NCBI GenBank assembly: GCA_964567825.1
Contig: CAZMNX010000002.1
Location: forward strand, 62,767 to 126,766
Reading direction: 5' to 3'
Origin: an uncultured Candidatus Saccharibacteria bacterium
GTDB taxonomy: Bacteria > Patescibacteriota > Minisyncoccia > Phycocordibacterales > GWA1-40-21
Length of the DNA stretch: 64,000 nt
Positions 29,641-39,495 of the stretch are shown here, in pieces (position 1 is the stretch's first letter; every line of letters begins with the position of its first letter). Both the position numbers and the translations under genes were made by a program. The notes below the pieces were generated by a model. The model worked only from the letters and a program-made list of their open reading frames with translations, was not told where the DNA came from and did not search any database.

Positions 29641-29789
29641 TCGAGCTCTCCTACTTTGCCACCATTGTGGACTTGTTTTTCTACTAGTTTCGTTTCAAAA
29701 TGCATTAAAAATAAGGCTTTTGGCCCTATTCTACCCGTCAACAAATATATCACACTTTGCTTAAAATAGCAAGTATCTTTGCCCTTTCA

Positions 29790-30926
29790 TTACCGATAGA
29801 TTCTCTTGATTAACGGGTTGATTCTAGTCACCACTTCATAGGCGCTGCCCTCTAATAAATTAGCAATATCGTCCACGGAAATGAATTCTTTACCCTCGCC
29901 ACCGATAATTGTGATTTCATCCCCCACTTTCACTCCTTTTATATTCGTCACATCTATCATCACAATATCCATACACACTCGGCCTAAAATTTTAGCTTTT
30001 TGACCATTCACAATCACTTGGCCAATACCCGACAAGGCCCGTGGTAAGCCATGCCAATAACCAACTGGCAAAACCGCCACCTTAGTATCACGCTTAAACA
30101 TTTCCGTAAAATCATAACCGATCTTTTTTCCTTTCTTAACTAATTTAACTTCACCCACCAAGGTCTTCCAGGTCAAAGCTAGTTTCAAATTAAATCTTCC
30201 GTTCACAAAAGCTTTGGTTTCCACCGATGGCCATAAACCATACAAGCCGATGCCCACGCGCACCATATCAAAATGAGCTTCGGGGAATAAAATAGTACCA
30301 GACGTAGCACAAGCATGCGCTAAAAATTTTAAACCGACTTTTGTAAAAGCTAATCGCCATTGATTGAAGACATTTATTTGTTCAATCGTATCTTTAGGAA
30401 AAGCCGGATTTTTCGCGGCGGCAAAGTGAGTATACAAACCAACGACTTTAATTTTTTTATTTTTCTTGATTTCCGCCAAAACTTTTTTCATCGACTCCAA
30501 TTGAAAACCATGACGATGCATGCCACTATCAACTTTAATATGAACTCGCAGTGGCGTCTTTAGATTTATTTTTTTTATTTCCTTAAAATACTCAAAATTT
30601 GAAAGAGTGATATCAATATTAGCCTCGGCCGCCTTAGCAATCATTTCTGGCAAAGAATAACCCAAGACTAGAATCGGCACTTTTACGCCTTCTTTTCTTA
30701 AAGTTAGTCCCTCCACCACTGAATCAACGGCCACATAATCTACGCCTAATTTTCCCAATTCATGAGCAAATTCTACCAAATTGTGTCCGTAGGCATTAGA
30801 TTTGACCACCCCCATCAGTTTAGTTTCGGGCGGAATTAGAGAACGAAAAGTGCGATAGTTATGAGCTATCGCCTTTCGGTCCACTTCAATCCAAGTTCTT
30901 AAGCCTTGTCGATCAGACTTTTTCAT
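29790..30926 (-). CDS. alr: Alanine racemase
   Basis: VVKSNAYGH, HIKVDSGMHRHG, GRVCMD. Confidence 0.96.
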   Translation of the reverse strand: MKKSDRQGLRTWIEVDRKAIAHNYRTFRSLIPPETKLMGVVKSNAYGHNLVEFAHELGKLGVDYVAVDSVVEGLTLRKEGVKVPILVLGYSLPEMIAKAAEANIDITLSNFEYFKEIKKINLKTPLRVHIKVDSGMHRHGFQLESMKKVLAEIKKNKKIKVVGLYTHFAAAKNPAFPKDTIEQINVFNQWRLAFTKVGLKFLAHACATSGTILFPEAHFDMVRVGIGLYGLWPSVETKAFVNGRFNLKLALTWKTLVGEVKLVKKGKKIGYDFTEMFKRDTKVAVLPVGYWHGLPRALSGIGQVIVNGQKAKILGRVCMDIVMIDVTNIKGVKVGDEITIIGGEGKEFISVDDIANLLEGSAYEVVTRINPLIKRIYR

Positions 30927-31274
30927 TTACAAATTCAAATCGGCCATCGCCTCATCAACTGTCTTGGTCGCCTTACCACCTTCGGTAATCTTATCGCTAA
31001 CCGCGCGCATTTCTGGTCGTAAACCACCCTCTGGTTCGCTAATCTTTAGGTTCACGCGAGAATTATTTTTCATACCGACAACTCGAAGCAAGGTTCGAAT
31101 CGCTTTTGCGGTATTACCCATTCGGCCGATCACTTTACCCATATCAGCAGCATTAACATCGAGAGTTAAGAGCACCCCCATTTCGTCGACAGTTCTAGTA
31201 ATTTTCACACTGGCTGGATTATCTACTAATGCTTTAACGACATAATCCAAAAACTGAGCATCCATTTCTTGCAT
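30927..31274 (-). CDS. khpA: KH-domain RNA-binding protein KhpA
   Basis: DMGKVIGRMGNTAKAIRTLL; directly downstream of rpsP. Confidence 0.9.
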   Translation of the reverse strand: MQEMDAQFLDYVVKALVDNPASVKITRTVDEMGVLLTLDVNAADMGKVIGRMGNTAKAIRTLLRVVGMKNNSRVNLKISEPEGGLRPEMRAVSDKITEGGKATKTVDEAMADLNL

Positions 31275-31355
31275 ATATTTTCTATTTAATTAATAAAACT
31301 AATACCAGACAATTGTAATATAGTGCGCTTTTTTTGTAAAGTAAAAAACCGCCCT

Positions 31356-31736
31356 TTAGGCGGCCTTTACTTCTTCTTTCTTTTCTTCGGCTTTTGGCGC
31401 TTCAGCCTTAGGGGCCTCGGCAGCCTTTTTTTCCTCTTCAGTTAGTTCTTTCTTGATTGGGCGTTTCTTTGGTAAAGCATTTACTTTTTTACCGGTAATA
31501 ATTTTCTTGGAAATTAAAAGGTTGCGCATAGTATCAGAAAGTTGAGCACCCTTTGAGATCCAATACTTCACGCGATCAGCGTCCACATTACTATTATTTT
31601 TGGCCTTGCGAGTATCGTGGTTTCCTAGGACCTCTAAAGTCTGGCCACTCTTTGGACCGCGCTTAGAATCCACTAAAACCACACGAAAAGTTGGTTCGTG
31701 CACTCGTCCTACGCGTTGTAATCGAATCATTAACAT
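31356..31736 (-). CDS. rpsP: 30S ribosomal protein S16
   Basis: MIRLQRVGR, YWISKGAQLSDT. Confidence 0.96.
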   Translation of the reverse strand: MLMIRLQRVGRVHEPTFRVVLVDSKRGPKSGQTLEVLGNHDTRKAKNNSNVDADRVKYWISKGAQLSDTMRNLLISKKIITGKKVNALPKKRPIKKELTEEEKKAAEAPKAEAPKAEEKKEEVKAA

Positions 31737-31773
31737 AGGTGGTATCTTAGCCTAGATTATAAAAATAGTCAAC

Positions 31774-32676
31774 TTAAATCCATTTGGATGAGTCCGGCAT
31801 CAAATCCCCATCTAACGAAAGAATATTCCTGGATTTAAGTTCCTCGACAAGAAGTAAAAAGTTATTATTGTACTTCGGCATATGGGCAACGCCTGAGCCA
31901 AGGGTGTCTGAATACAGCTCGAAATTAAATGAGGAGGACATGCTTCTAATAAAGGCCAGGAAAGAATCGGCCTTGGAAGACAAGATAAATTTAATTACCC
32001 TCATATTTGTTGCAAAGTGTCCGGTTAAAATTATCTCCTTAATACCGTCAAGATTCTTGACCCAGGCGTTATTCATGACACTCTCAATCTCCGGCCCGAC
32101 GTTTGATTTATCCGACTCTAGGGATCCAATATATAAACAATAAAGCTCCTTAACTCCTTGGGTCTTTAAAAAATCCTCAGCCTTCTTTTCAATTGAGCCG
32201 GTAATACGTAAATCATCTATAAATATTACTCTTTTGCCCTTCAAGAGATCTGGAATACTATACAAATGTATATCATCATTCTGTGAAAATCGACTAACTT
32301 TATCAAGTGTACCATAATCCCCCTCAACTAATGTATCATTAAATATTGGCAAAATAGGAATTGGCATTTTACCCAAAAGATCAAGATGATTATTAATTGT
32401 AGTTTGAAAATACTTTGCGATCACCGCTGCACCCTTCGGCACATGTTTATATGGAGCAGTTACAATAACAAAATCTGTTTGATTTTCTGACTCAAGGAAC
32501 AGACTACCGTAGGTTTTTATAAACAACCTAGCCAAATCAACCCCGTATTGAGCGCCGACAATCGTATCACCATACTTAAATCGACTGTATAGTTTTATAT
32601 CAAAAATAGAGCCGTTGATAGTCTGAATGTCGCTGGCAATTACCTTTATTGGATATAGTGATAAATTTTTTTTCAT
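31774..32676 (-). CDS. Phosphoribosyltransferase, ter-associated ComF-like type
   Basis: YSRFKYGD, APY, VIFIDDLRITGS PRPP-binding loop; paralog of 33370..34281. Confidence 0.75.
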   Translation of the reverse strand: MKKNLSLYPIKVIASDIQTINGSIFDIKLYSRFKYGDTIVGAQYGVDLARLFIKTYGSLFLESENQTDFVIVTAPYKHVPKGAAVIAKYFQTTINNHLDLLGKMPIPILPIFNDTLVEGDYGTLDKVSRFSQNDDIHLYSIPDLLKGKRVIFIDDLRITGSIEKKAEDFLKTQGVKELYCLYIGSLESDKSNVGPEIESVMNNAWVKNLDGIKEIILTGHFATNMRVIKFILSSKADSFLAFIRSMSSSFNFELYSDTLGSGVAHMPKYNNNFLLLVEELKSRNILSLDGDLMPDSSKWI

Positions 32677-33365
32677 TAGATTAATTTAATCAAATCAGAA
32701 ATTCTACTAATAGATTTTACGTCGTTACCTGAATTTGCACTGTCGATGTCAAACAATTGAGCCTGACATCCAGCTTCAATTGCCCCGCGATAATCCGTGA
32801 CAAAATTATTACCAACATGTAATATCTCCCCGGCTTTAATTCCGGCAATTTGTGCTAATGACTCAAACATTCTCGGGTCGGGTTTTCCCGCACCTACTTC
32901 ATCTGAAAATACAGTGTAATCAATAATGTCTAAAAGACCCAAACTCGAAAGCGCATTTCTCATTGTTTTTCCAATAATAAAGCCCGTATTACTCAGTAGA
33001 GCAATCTTGAACTTTTTTGCTTTAATTTCTTTTAAAGTCTCCGGCAAATCCTTCTCGATTAATAGTGGCAGATTCTCTAGAAAAACTGATTCGAAGATAC
33101 TCTTCACTTTATTAATAATCTCCAAATTAGCCTTTTTGCCTGTTAAGCGCTCAATCAAGGTAATTATTCGAACGTCACCAGATAAATCCTGGCCAGTTGT
33201 TTCGGTAATTGTTTCTAGTTCTCGGCCAATGTCCCTGGCGGCATTAGCAATTAACTTTTCATCTAGACTTAATAGTTCTGATAAAAGTTTTGATCTTTTT
33301 ATTTTATTCTCAGGATTACCAACTAAAATAGTGTCCCAGACGTCTAAACTTATAAGTTTAATCAT
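32676..33365 (-). CDS. HAD-superfamily hydrolase
   Basis: DVWDT, LSN, GKPDPRMF, HVGNNFVTDYRGA. Confidence 0.9.
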   Translation of the reverse strand: MIKLISLDVWDTILVGNPENKIKRSKLLSELLSLDEKLIANAARDIGRELETITETTGQDLSGDVRIITLIERLTGKKANLEIINKVKSIFESVFLENLPLLIEKDLPETLKEIKAKKFKIALLSNTGFIIGKTMRNALSSLGLLDIIDYTVFSDEVGAGKPDPRMFESLAQIAGIKAGEILHVGNNFVTDYRGAIEAGCQAQLFDIDSANSGNDVKSISRISDLIKLI

Positions 33366-33369
33366 AATT

Positions 33370-34281
33370 TTAAAAGAAAATAGAAACAGCCGCTTGCCGT
33401 AATAAGAAAGTAAATTGCGAAAATCTTGAAGCTAGGCTAATCTTATTTTCTCTCAACTTTATTTCGTCACGAACCAATGAAAAACCGGCTTGATATTTAT
33501 CCATAAAGCCATAGCCATCATTCACAGATGAAATATAAAGATCAGACAAAACATCGTCGGATATCTTTTTTAGGAAGCTTTTAAGTTCTAGCAAATTACC
33601 CCAAGAGAGAACGAAGCGGCAAACTCGAGCGTTTAAAATATATTCCTCAGGATTTCTCATCAAAGCTGAGAGTCGATCGAGGGAATTAATCTTGGTATGA
33701 TTCATTTTATTTTCAATCTCTGGATCTTTTTTACCAGTTTTAACATCAATTACATAAAGAAAAATTATTTCGGCAACGCCAGATTTTTCCAAATAACTAA
33801 TTGTCTTTTTTTCATGAGCACCAGTAATTCTCGAGTCTTCCACAAGAATAACAGTCTTGCCCTTAACCGAATCTTGATCAACAGAAAGAGAATCTTTCTT
33901 CATATTTATTTCTCGCTCTTTAGCACTCAGTTTTCCAAAGTCACAGGACGGAGCTGATGAACGATTAATTTTTACAAACGGTAAGGCGTTATGGCCACTC
34001 TCTAAAAGCAATTCGTTCAGGAAATAGTGAACATTAACCGCCAATGAGTGAGCTGAGGGTGGAGTATGCCAATATGGTGAAGTTGTTAAAACTAAATTAT
34101 CTTTATTTAAAGTAAGATTTTTAAAAGAGTAAACTTTTAAAAATTCCGCAGCCATCTTTTTTGCAAACTTAATAACCGTTGGCTTGTAACCATACTTAAA
34201 AGTGCTATATTCCTCGAGGTTTAAAAACTCTTTCTTTGTTGATTTATCGAGGGTATAAGCTGAAATTCGTTTGATATTCAT
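33370..34281 (-). CDS. Phosphoribosyltransferase, ter-associated ComF-like type
   Basis: YSTFKYG, SPY, VILVEDSRITGA, PEIENKMN. Confidence 0.75.
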   Translation of the reverse strand: MNIKRISAYTLDKSTKKEFLNLEEYSTFKYGYKPTVIKFAKKMAAEFLKVYSFKNLTLNKDNLVLTTSPYWHTPPSAHSLAVNVHYFLNELLLESGHNALPFVKINRSSAPSCDFGKLSAKEREINMKKDSLSVDQDSVKGKTVILVEDSRITGAHEKKTISYLEKSGVAEIIFLYVIDVKTGKKDPEIENKMNHTKINSLDRLSALMRNPEEYILNARVCRFVLSWGNLLELKSFLKKISDDVLSDLYISSVNDGYGFMDKYQAGFSLVRDEIKLRENKISLASRFSQFTFLLRQAAVSIFF

Positions 34282-34327
34282 TATTATTCTGCTACTAGTA
34301 AATCCGTTAAAATCTGGACTTAATGCT

Positions 34328-34360
34328 GGGTATTATAGCAAATCTATTGGATTTGTCAAG
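34328..34360 (-). promoter_or_regulatory. Promoter of PRTase-HAD-PRTase (TTGACA-16-TATAAT), copy A of a 33 bp direct repeat
   Basis: 31/33 identical to 39496..39528; contains CAAATC-N5-GATTTG inverted repeat. Confidence 0.75.
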
Positions 34361-34497
34361 CCTAAATTGACACAATATGGAAATTTAGGCAAATAAAGAG
34401 ACCCCCGACCCTCACCGAAACTTGCGTTCAGATGAGAGAAGGGGGCCTCGGGGTTGAATGTACTCTTCCCAGCCTCAGGCTGGGGGTTGGGGCTCGG

Positions 34498-35298
34498 TTA
34501 GGCCACCGCCGGAGCGGGGGCCGCATTGAGCCACTTCACGAGCTCGTCGCCGATGAGCTCCGCATTGAGCTCGTCGTCGGGCTTGCTGGTGAAGGCCGGC
34601 AGGTCGCGAATGATGACCAGGCCGGTATTGTCGAACATGTCGGCGATCTTCTGCAGGAACTTGAACTGGCCGCCCTGGTTCGAGTACGCCAGGAAGAGGA
34701 AGTAGACCTCGTCCCCCCGGCCCTGACTCGCGCGGAGCACCTGCTCCACCCGACCCTCGTCGCTGCAGTCACCGTCGGTGACAAACAGAACCAAGGAGCG
34801 TTCCTTCTTGACCGCCGCCGGCGCCGACGCCGACTGCTGATTCCCGCCACCACCGAAGGTACGGGAGAAGAATCCGCTCTTCCTGGGCGCCGCCGGCTGA
34901 TTGCCGTTCGGCAGCCAGCCGAAGTGACGCAGGTTGGCTTCCAGCACATAGCTGTAGTCCGTCCCGCCGCGGTAGCCCGGCACCTTCTCGATGATTTCGC
35001 GCTTGATGTAGCCCTCAACGTTCGCCGGAGTCACCGTCCCGACATGGTGAACGCGCTGTTCACCGTTCGAGAAGGTGAAGACGTCGATCTCGCCGTTGGC
35101 GTCGAACGTGATCCCCCACGGGATCAGGCGCGTCATCAGATCGTTCGTCATCCCGTCACGATGCTCGTCATCGAACGAGCCGGACACGTCCATGTCCATC
35201 ACGACTTGGGCGCGCAGCCGGCTCAGATCCACACCGAGCTTCGTCAACGTCAAACGCAGACTTTCCGCGGACTTCTGAATGTTCAACTTGATGGCCAT
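34498..35298 (-). CDS. vWA domain protein (TerF C-terminal vWA-like)
   Basis: DVSGS MIDAS motif, GGTDY, FVTDG; ter context. Confidence 0.85.
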   Translation of the reverse strand: MAIKLNIQKSAESLRLTLTKLGVDLSRLRAQVVMDMDVSGSFDDEHRDGMTNDLMTRLIPWGITFDANGEIDVFTFSNGEQRVHHVGTVTPANVEGYIKREIIEKVPGYRGGTDYSYVLEANLRHFGWLPNGNQPAAPRKSGFFSRTFGGGGNQQSASAPAAVKKERSLVLFVTDGDCSDEGRVEQVLRASQGRGDEVYFLFLAYSNQGGQFKFLQKIADMFDNTGLVIIRDLPAFTSKPDDELNAELIGDELVKWLNAAPAPAVA

Positions 35299-35300
35299 GG

Positions 35301-36389
35301 TTAGGCACTCCTTAATTTTCCGATCACTGCACTGACTAGGTCACCCACCTCACTGACTTGGGTGACACTTGGTTTGTTTCCTCTCCGAGCCAAAAGCTGC
35401 AAAGCAGCCAGGCTGTTGAGCATGGTCGGCACCGTTACCAGTGCCAAGTCTTGCGCAACTTCAATGAGTTGAAGAGGTTGTTCGATTTGTAACTTACGGA
35501 CCGAACTACCGCCGACAATCTCAGCCGTCGTAGCTGTGAGACTCACCACCCGCCCCGAAAGGCGACCAGCAACGTCTCGCTTCCCAATTGATTCCAGGTG
35601 TTCAGCGATGTGCGCGCCAGCCAAAGCCAACGCATTAACCTCATCACCAACCTCTAGGGTGCGGGTCGAGATCAACTCGATTTGCCCCCTCAAGGCCAGC
35701 AACTTCGGAACATCATCACTGATGATCTTCGCAATCTGATCAATCTCCTCTAGTGCCCTTTCGAGCTCTTCGAGTGAATCGACCTCTGCTGAAGATTTCT
35801 TGATCGCTCGAGCGAGGAAACCCTCCCCACCTTTTTGAGCGAACACCTTGTCCAGCTTGATGGAACCTAGGATCTCGATCAGGCGTCCGACACGTCGGCT
35901 AACCTGATTAAGTGTCTCGGAACGCGACAAAGCGAGGACCTCCGACATCAGCCCGCTGTACTGCTTTTGCACTTCCGTGCCCCACATCACAGCGCTCTGC
36001 TCCGTAGCCCTTTCCGCAATGAAGCTTTCGACCAAGTGCACCACGCGCTCGATCGTTTCCACCTTCTGGGTTTTCCCCTGCAAATTGGCACTGGTGATCG
36101 GAATCCTCTTCCGAACTTCACCGATCCCAATCACAGAGGGTTTACCTACCGGCACGATTGCCGGCTTGACCACCGCCTGAACCGTATTCGACGGTATCGC
36201 GGTTGGTTTCAAGTTTTCCACCTTCCCCGGCGTTCCAGGAATGGCGGTCGGCTTGGTGGCCTGCCCTTGCGGACAAACTCCCATCACCGTAGGCTTGATG
36301 GACCCGCCGCCCGACGGAATAACCGTCGGACGACGAATCACTGTTGCTTCTCCCGGCACGAAGCCGGAAGTTTTCTCTCCTCCCGGCAC
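35301..36389 (-). CDS. Divergent toxic anion resistance (TelA/KlaA)-like coiled-coil protein with repetitive N-terminus
   Basis: WGTEVQKQYS helical region; ter context; KPT(A/V)IP repeats. Confidence 0.55.
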   Translation of the reverse strand: MPGGEKTSGFVPGEATVIRRPTVIPSGGGSIKPTVMGVCPQGQATKPTAIPGTPGKVENLKPTAIPSNTVQAVVKPAIVPVGKPSVIGIGEVRKRIPITSANLQGKTQKVETIERVVHLVESFIAERATEQSAVMWGTEVQKQYSGLMSEVLALSRSETLNQVSRRVGRLIEILGSIKLDKVFAQKGGEGFLARAIKKSSAEVDSLEELERALEEIDQIAKIISDDVPKLLALRGQIELISTRTLEVGDEVNALALAGAHIAEHLESIGKRDVAGRLSGRVVSLTATTAEIVGGSSVRKLQIEQPLQLIEVAQDLALVTVPTMLNSLAALQLLARRGNKPSVTQVSEVGDLVSAVIGKLRSA

Positions 36390-36424
36390 TGATGCCTCCT
36401 TTTGTTGGCGTCGTTCTCAGACGC

Positions 36425-37042
36425 TTAAGAGAAGAAGCCGAGGATCGTGTTGAAATCCCCGACGAAACCGCTGCCGACGGCCGCGTAATCCCAGCCGCCC
36501 GTGGCGTTGCGGATCATGCTGCCCATCTGCACGCAGTTGAATGCTCCGAACTCATTCGTGAGCCCGAAGCTGCCGAGAACCTTCCCGGCTTCGTCCTTGA
36601 TCGTAATCGAGGCCTCCTTGACCTCGGTGAACGTGACATTGCGACCCGACTTGTCGTAGATCGTGACGAAGATCGGGATCTCGTTGACTTCCGGCGCAAC
36701 CCGCGACGTGTCAATCGTGATCACTTCATCGACGCCCTGGGACCGACCGTCGCGCTTGTCGCCGGAGTGAAGCAGAGCCCCACACGGCGTACCAAACGAA
36801 CCGTCGGCATTGCGCTTCAAAGCGCCGCCCACCGTGTTCAGGTTGAAAACGCTGAGCACCTTTTCGAGCGTATCGATCTTGGCGCCGCTGCCGTCATTGA
36901 CGCACAGCAACGCATTGGCATCGAGATCGTGGGGCGAATCCCAGGCCAACTCGGCCATGAACTTCCCACCCTTCGACAGGTTGAGGGACAACTTCATCCC
37001 CGCAACCCCATCCTTCTTCAACGGCAAGGACAACTTACTCAT
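36425..37042 (-). CDS. terD: TerD family protein
   Basis: WDSPHDLDANALL, HSGDKRDG..GVDEVITID, FVTIYD, WDYAAVG; SD GGAG before ATG 37042. Confidence 0.88.
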   Translation of the reverse strand: MSKLSLPLKKDGVAGMKLSLNLSKGGKFMAELAWDSPHDLDANALLCVNDGSGAKIDTLEKVLSVFNLNTVGGALKRNADGSFGTPCGALLHSGDKRDGRSQGVDEVITIDTSRVAPEVNEIPIFVTIYDKSGRNVTFTEVKEASITIKDEAGKVLGSFGLTNEFGAFNCVQMGSMIRNATGGWDYAAVGSGFVGDFNTILGFFS

Positions 37043-37121
37043 GACTGCTTCTCCATTTCTGCCTCTCGGCATCGAACTTGCAGCCCTTAACGGGCCGCCG
37101 AACATTTACCACACACAATCA

Positions 37122-38354
37122 TCACAACTGCGCAACTTCCGGCTGACTGGCCGAAAGCTCTGCCAAAACCGCGCGCGCCTTTTGAAAGCGCCCTTTGGCC
37201 TCGGCAAACTTCTTCTGCGTCTCCGCCCTTGCGAGCGAAACCGCTTGATGGATTTCCTCCGTCTCGCGAATGATGCCTTCGATCTGCGCGACTTGCGCCA
37301 GGCGATTCTCGCCCGGTGCCACCGCAGCTGTGACCGACGCATCACGTACGATTTGGCCGCGCGCCCGAATCAAGGTCTGATCCAGACTAGCGGCACTCGA
37401 CGAAAGATTCTGCAGGCTCTTCACCCGCAGGGCGGAATTTACGCTGAGCAGGGTCATCTTGATACTGGCGAAGCGGCTCGAGGCCGTCGTCAAGGTCTCA
37501 CCCAGCGTCGAAACGCCGGCGACCTGAATATCGCGAATGACTTGCTGATCAGCCGGCAACCGCGTGTACACACCCTCCAAGGCCAGTGCCCGGCTCTGAA
37601 GGAACTGGAGTTTGATGTCCAGCTCTTCGATTTCCGAACGAGCCTCAAGGCTGGTGTTTCCACTCAGCGCCTGCTTCCGCTCAGCCACCTGCTGCGTCGC
37701 CTTGGCCACGAAGGCCTCGGCTACCGCCGCAATGAGAGCGAAGTTCTGCCAGTGCACCCGATAGGCCTGCTTCAGCTGTTCGACATTCTGAAGTTCCGCA
37801 ATCAAGCGGGTCACCTCATCCTGCAGTTCAGCCTGAAGCCTGGCCAATTCCTCCGAGAGATCCTTGGTCTTCCCGGAGAGACGGACACGCACTTTTTCGA
37901 GCGTTTCCTGAAGCAGGGTCGCGGGGCTTTTCCCATTAAGCCGGCCGATCAGGCGATTGCCCAAACTCGGCTTGGCCTTCTGGGCCTCCTCGATAATCCC
38001 CTCCAGGTCGGCATCCTTGACTTCCTTCTGCAGGCGGTCAAAGAGCGCAAAAACGGACGCTGCCGTGTTCTTGTCCAGTTTGGCCAAGAAGCCGTCGAGC
38101 GTGGTATTCAAACCAGCCTCGGCCTCCGAACCCAACAGGACAATCTCCTGCCCGTGCATGGTCAGAATGTTCAAACTGGCGAGCATTTGCCCTGCCGGCT
38201 TGAGCTGTTCCTCCGAGATGACAATGGTGCCACCCGAAAAAGGAACTGCTGACGACGCACGAACGAGAGATGTAGATCCAGCCTCGACCACTTCCACCGG
38301 CGCCGTCGTAACGGCACCGAGAACGGTCGGCTTAAAACCCACATTTACTGTCAT
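37122..38354 (-). CDS. Toxic anion resistance protein (TelA-like)
   Basis: Long coiled-coil; IVLLGSEAE; ter context. Confidence 0.65.
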   Translation of the reverse strand: MTVNVGFKPTVLGAVTTAPVEVVEAGSTSLVRASSAVPFSGGTIVISEEQLKPAGQMLASLNILTMHGQEIVLLGSEAEAGLNTTLDGFLAKLDKNTAASVFALFDRLQKEVKDADLEGIIEEAQKAKPSLGNRLIGRLNGKSPATLLQETLEKVRVRLSGKTKDLSEELARLQAELQDEVTRLIAELQNVEQLKQAYRVHWQNFALIAAVAEAFVAKATQQVAERKQALSGNTSLEARSEIEELDIKLQFLQSRALALEGVYTRLPADQQVIRDIQVAGVSTLGETLTTASSRFASIKMTLLSVNSALRVKSLQNLSSSAASLDQTLIRARGQIVRDASVTAAVAPGENRLAQVAQIEGIIRETEEIHQAVSLARAETQKKFAEAKGRFQKARAVLAELSASQPEVAQL

Positions 38355-38416
38355 ATAATTCACACTCCTAACTTTTATCTCGCTATTTACTTGTCAAAGG
38401 ACCACAGATCTTGTCT

Positions 38417-38535
38417 TTTTCCTATGACTCCTCTGCCAAGTATCGTTCGCTTTCACAAGCAAAACCACAATACCTGGGTAGAGGAGGCAAGATTCACCGA
38501 CTTGCCTCAGGAAAATTTCGGGGAGCTTACGCTCC
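38417..38535 (-). ncRNA. Candidate structured cis-regulatory RNA between terC and telA
   Basis: Nested helices with G-U pairs and two GNRA loops on the minus strand. Confidence 0.5.
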
Positions 38536-38558
38536 GTTGTTGATGTCAATCGGGTTAG

Positions 38559-39425
38559 TTAGAGTGCCGTCGTCGAGCGCAAATCGCGCAAGGCAACGAA
38601 CAGCTTACGCGCGCCACGAGCCGACATAGTCAGCGGCAGCAGCACGTAGTACAGGACGCGATCCAGGACCTCAAGAATTCGGACACCAACCTTGACGGCG
38701 GGCCCGAGAACTTTTTGGACGATGGTCAATTCACTGTACGCGATGCTTGTCGCGGTGATGATCAGAATGCCGATCATCTTTTGCCAGCTTTCGATCTGGC
38801 AGTGTACACCGCACATTTCGAAACCGAGCTCGGTCAGCAGGATCAGTCCCACGAAACCCACCAGCATGAACGCTGTGTATTTGAGCACGGGGAACCGCTC
38901 GATCAGGCGGATGCAAATTCCCGCCACGAACCGCAGCGCCAAGATGCCGATGAAGACACCGGTGCAGATAACCCACAGACGTTTGTCCAGGGCCACGGCT
39001 GCCACGACGTTATCAATCGACAGCGAGAGATCCATGATCTCGATCTGGATGATCGTGAGCAGGAACCCCTTAACCAGCTTCTTGCCGGTCACACCGTCGA
39101 TCTCTTCTTCGGTCTTCTTGGTCAGATGCTCCGCCGCGAGGTAGAGCAAATAGGCCGCGCCGACGAGCTTCAACCAGTAATTCTGGCTGATGTACGCTGC
39201 CAGTCCGAGACAGATGCCCCGGAAAAGGTACGCGCCGATGATCCCATACCGCAAGGCTTTCTTCTGCTGATGTTTCGGCAAAGCCGAAGCCATGGCCGCG
39301 ATGGCCATAGCGTTATCGACCGAGAGCAAGCCCTCGATGATAATCAGCGAAAAGATGATCGGCAGGGCCGAAACCAACTCAGCCTGACCCGGAATATGGG
39401 CCAAAATGGCATTGATCAGATTCAA
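38559..39425 (-). CDS. terC: TerC family integral membrane protein
   Basis: EGLLSVDNAMAIA, GAYLFRG, DLSLSIDNVVAA, GILALRF. Confidence 0.92.
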   Translation of the reverse strand: MNLINAILAHIPGQAELVSALPIIFSLIIIEGLLSVDNAMAIAAMASALPKHQQKKALRYGIIGAYLFRGICLGLAAYISQNYWLKLVGAAYLLYLAAEHLTKKTEEEIDGVTGKKLVKGFLLTIIQIEIMDLSLSIDNVVAAVALDKRLWVICTGVFIGILALRFVAGICIRLIERFPVLKYTAFMLVGFVGLILLTELGFEMCGVHCQIESWQKMIGILIITATSIAYSELTIVQKVLGPAVKVGVRILEVLDRVLYYVLLPLTMSARGARKLFVALRDLRSTTAL

Positions 39426-39495
39426 GCTTTCCTCTTTCTACCGTTGTTTTGCAACGGATTTTAGACACACAACAATGTCAACTTCACTTTCTAAC

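Noticed and set aside
28194-29769. Long + strand ORFs 28194..29348 and 29173..29769
   Set aside because: Antisense shadows of GC-rich minus-strand genes that have SD, signal peptide and terminator
38417-38535. yybP-ykoY manganese riboswitch
   Set aside because: No GGGGAGUA core, and it lies downstream of terC; kept as an unassigned structured RNA
34432-39464. Long + strand ORFs over the ter operon (34432, 36344, 36810, 38715)
   Set aside because: Antisense shadows caused by GC3-rich codons; minus-strand frames carry the vWA, TerD and TerC motifs
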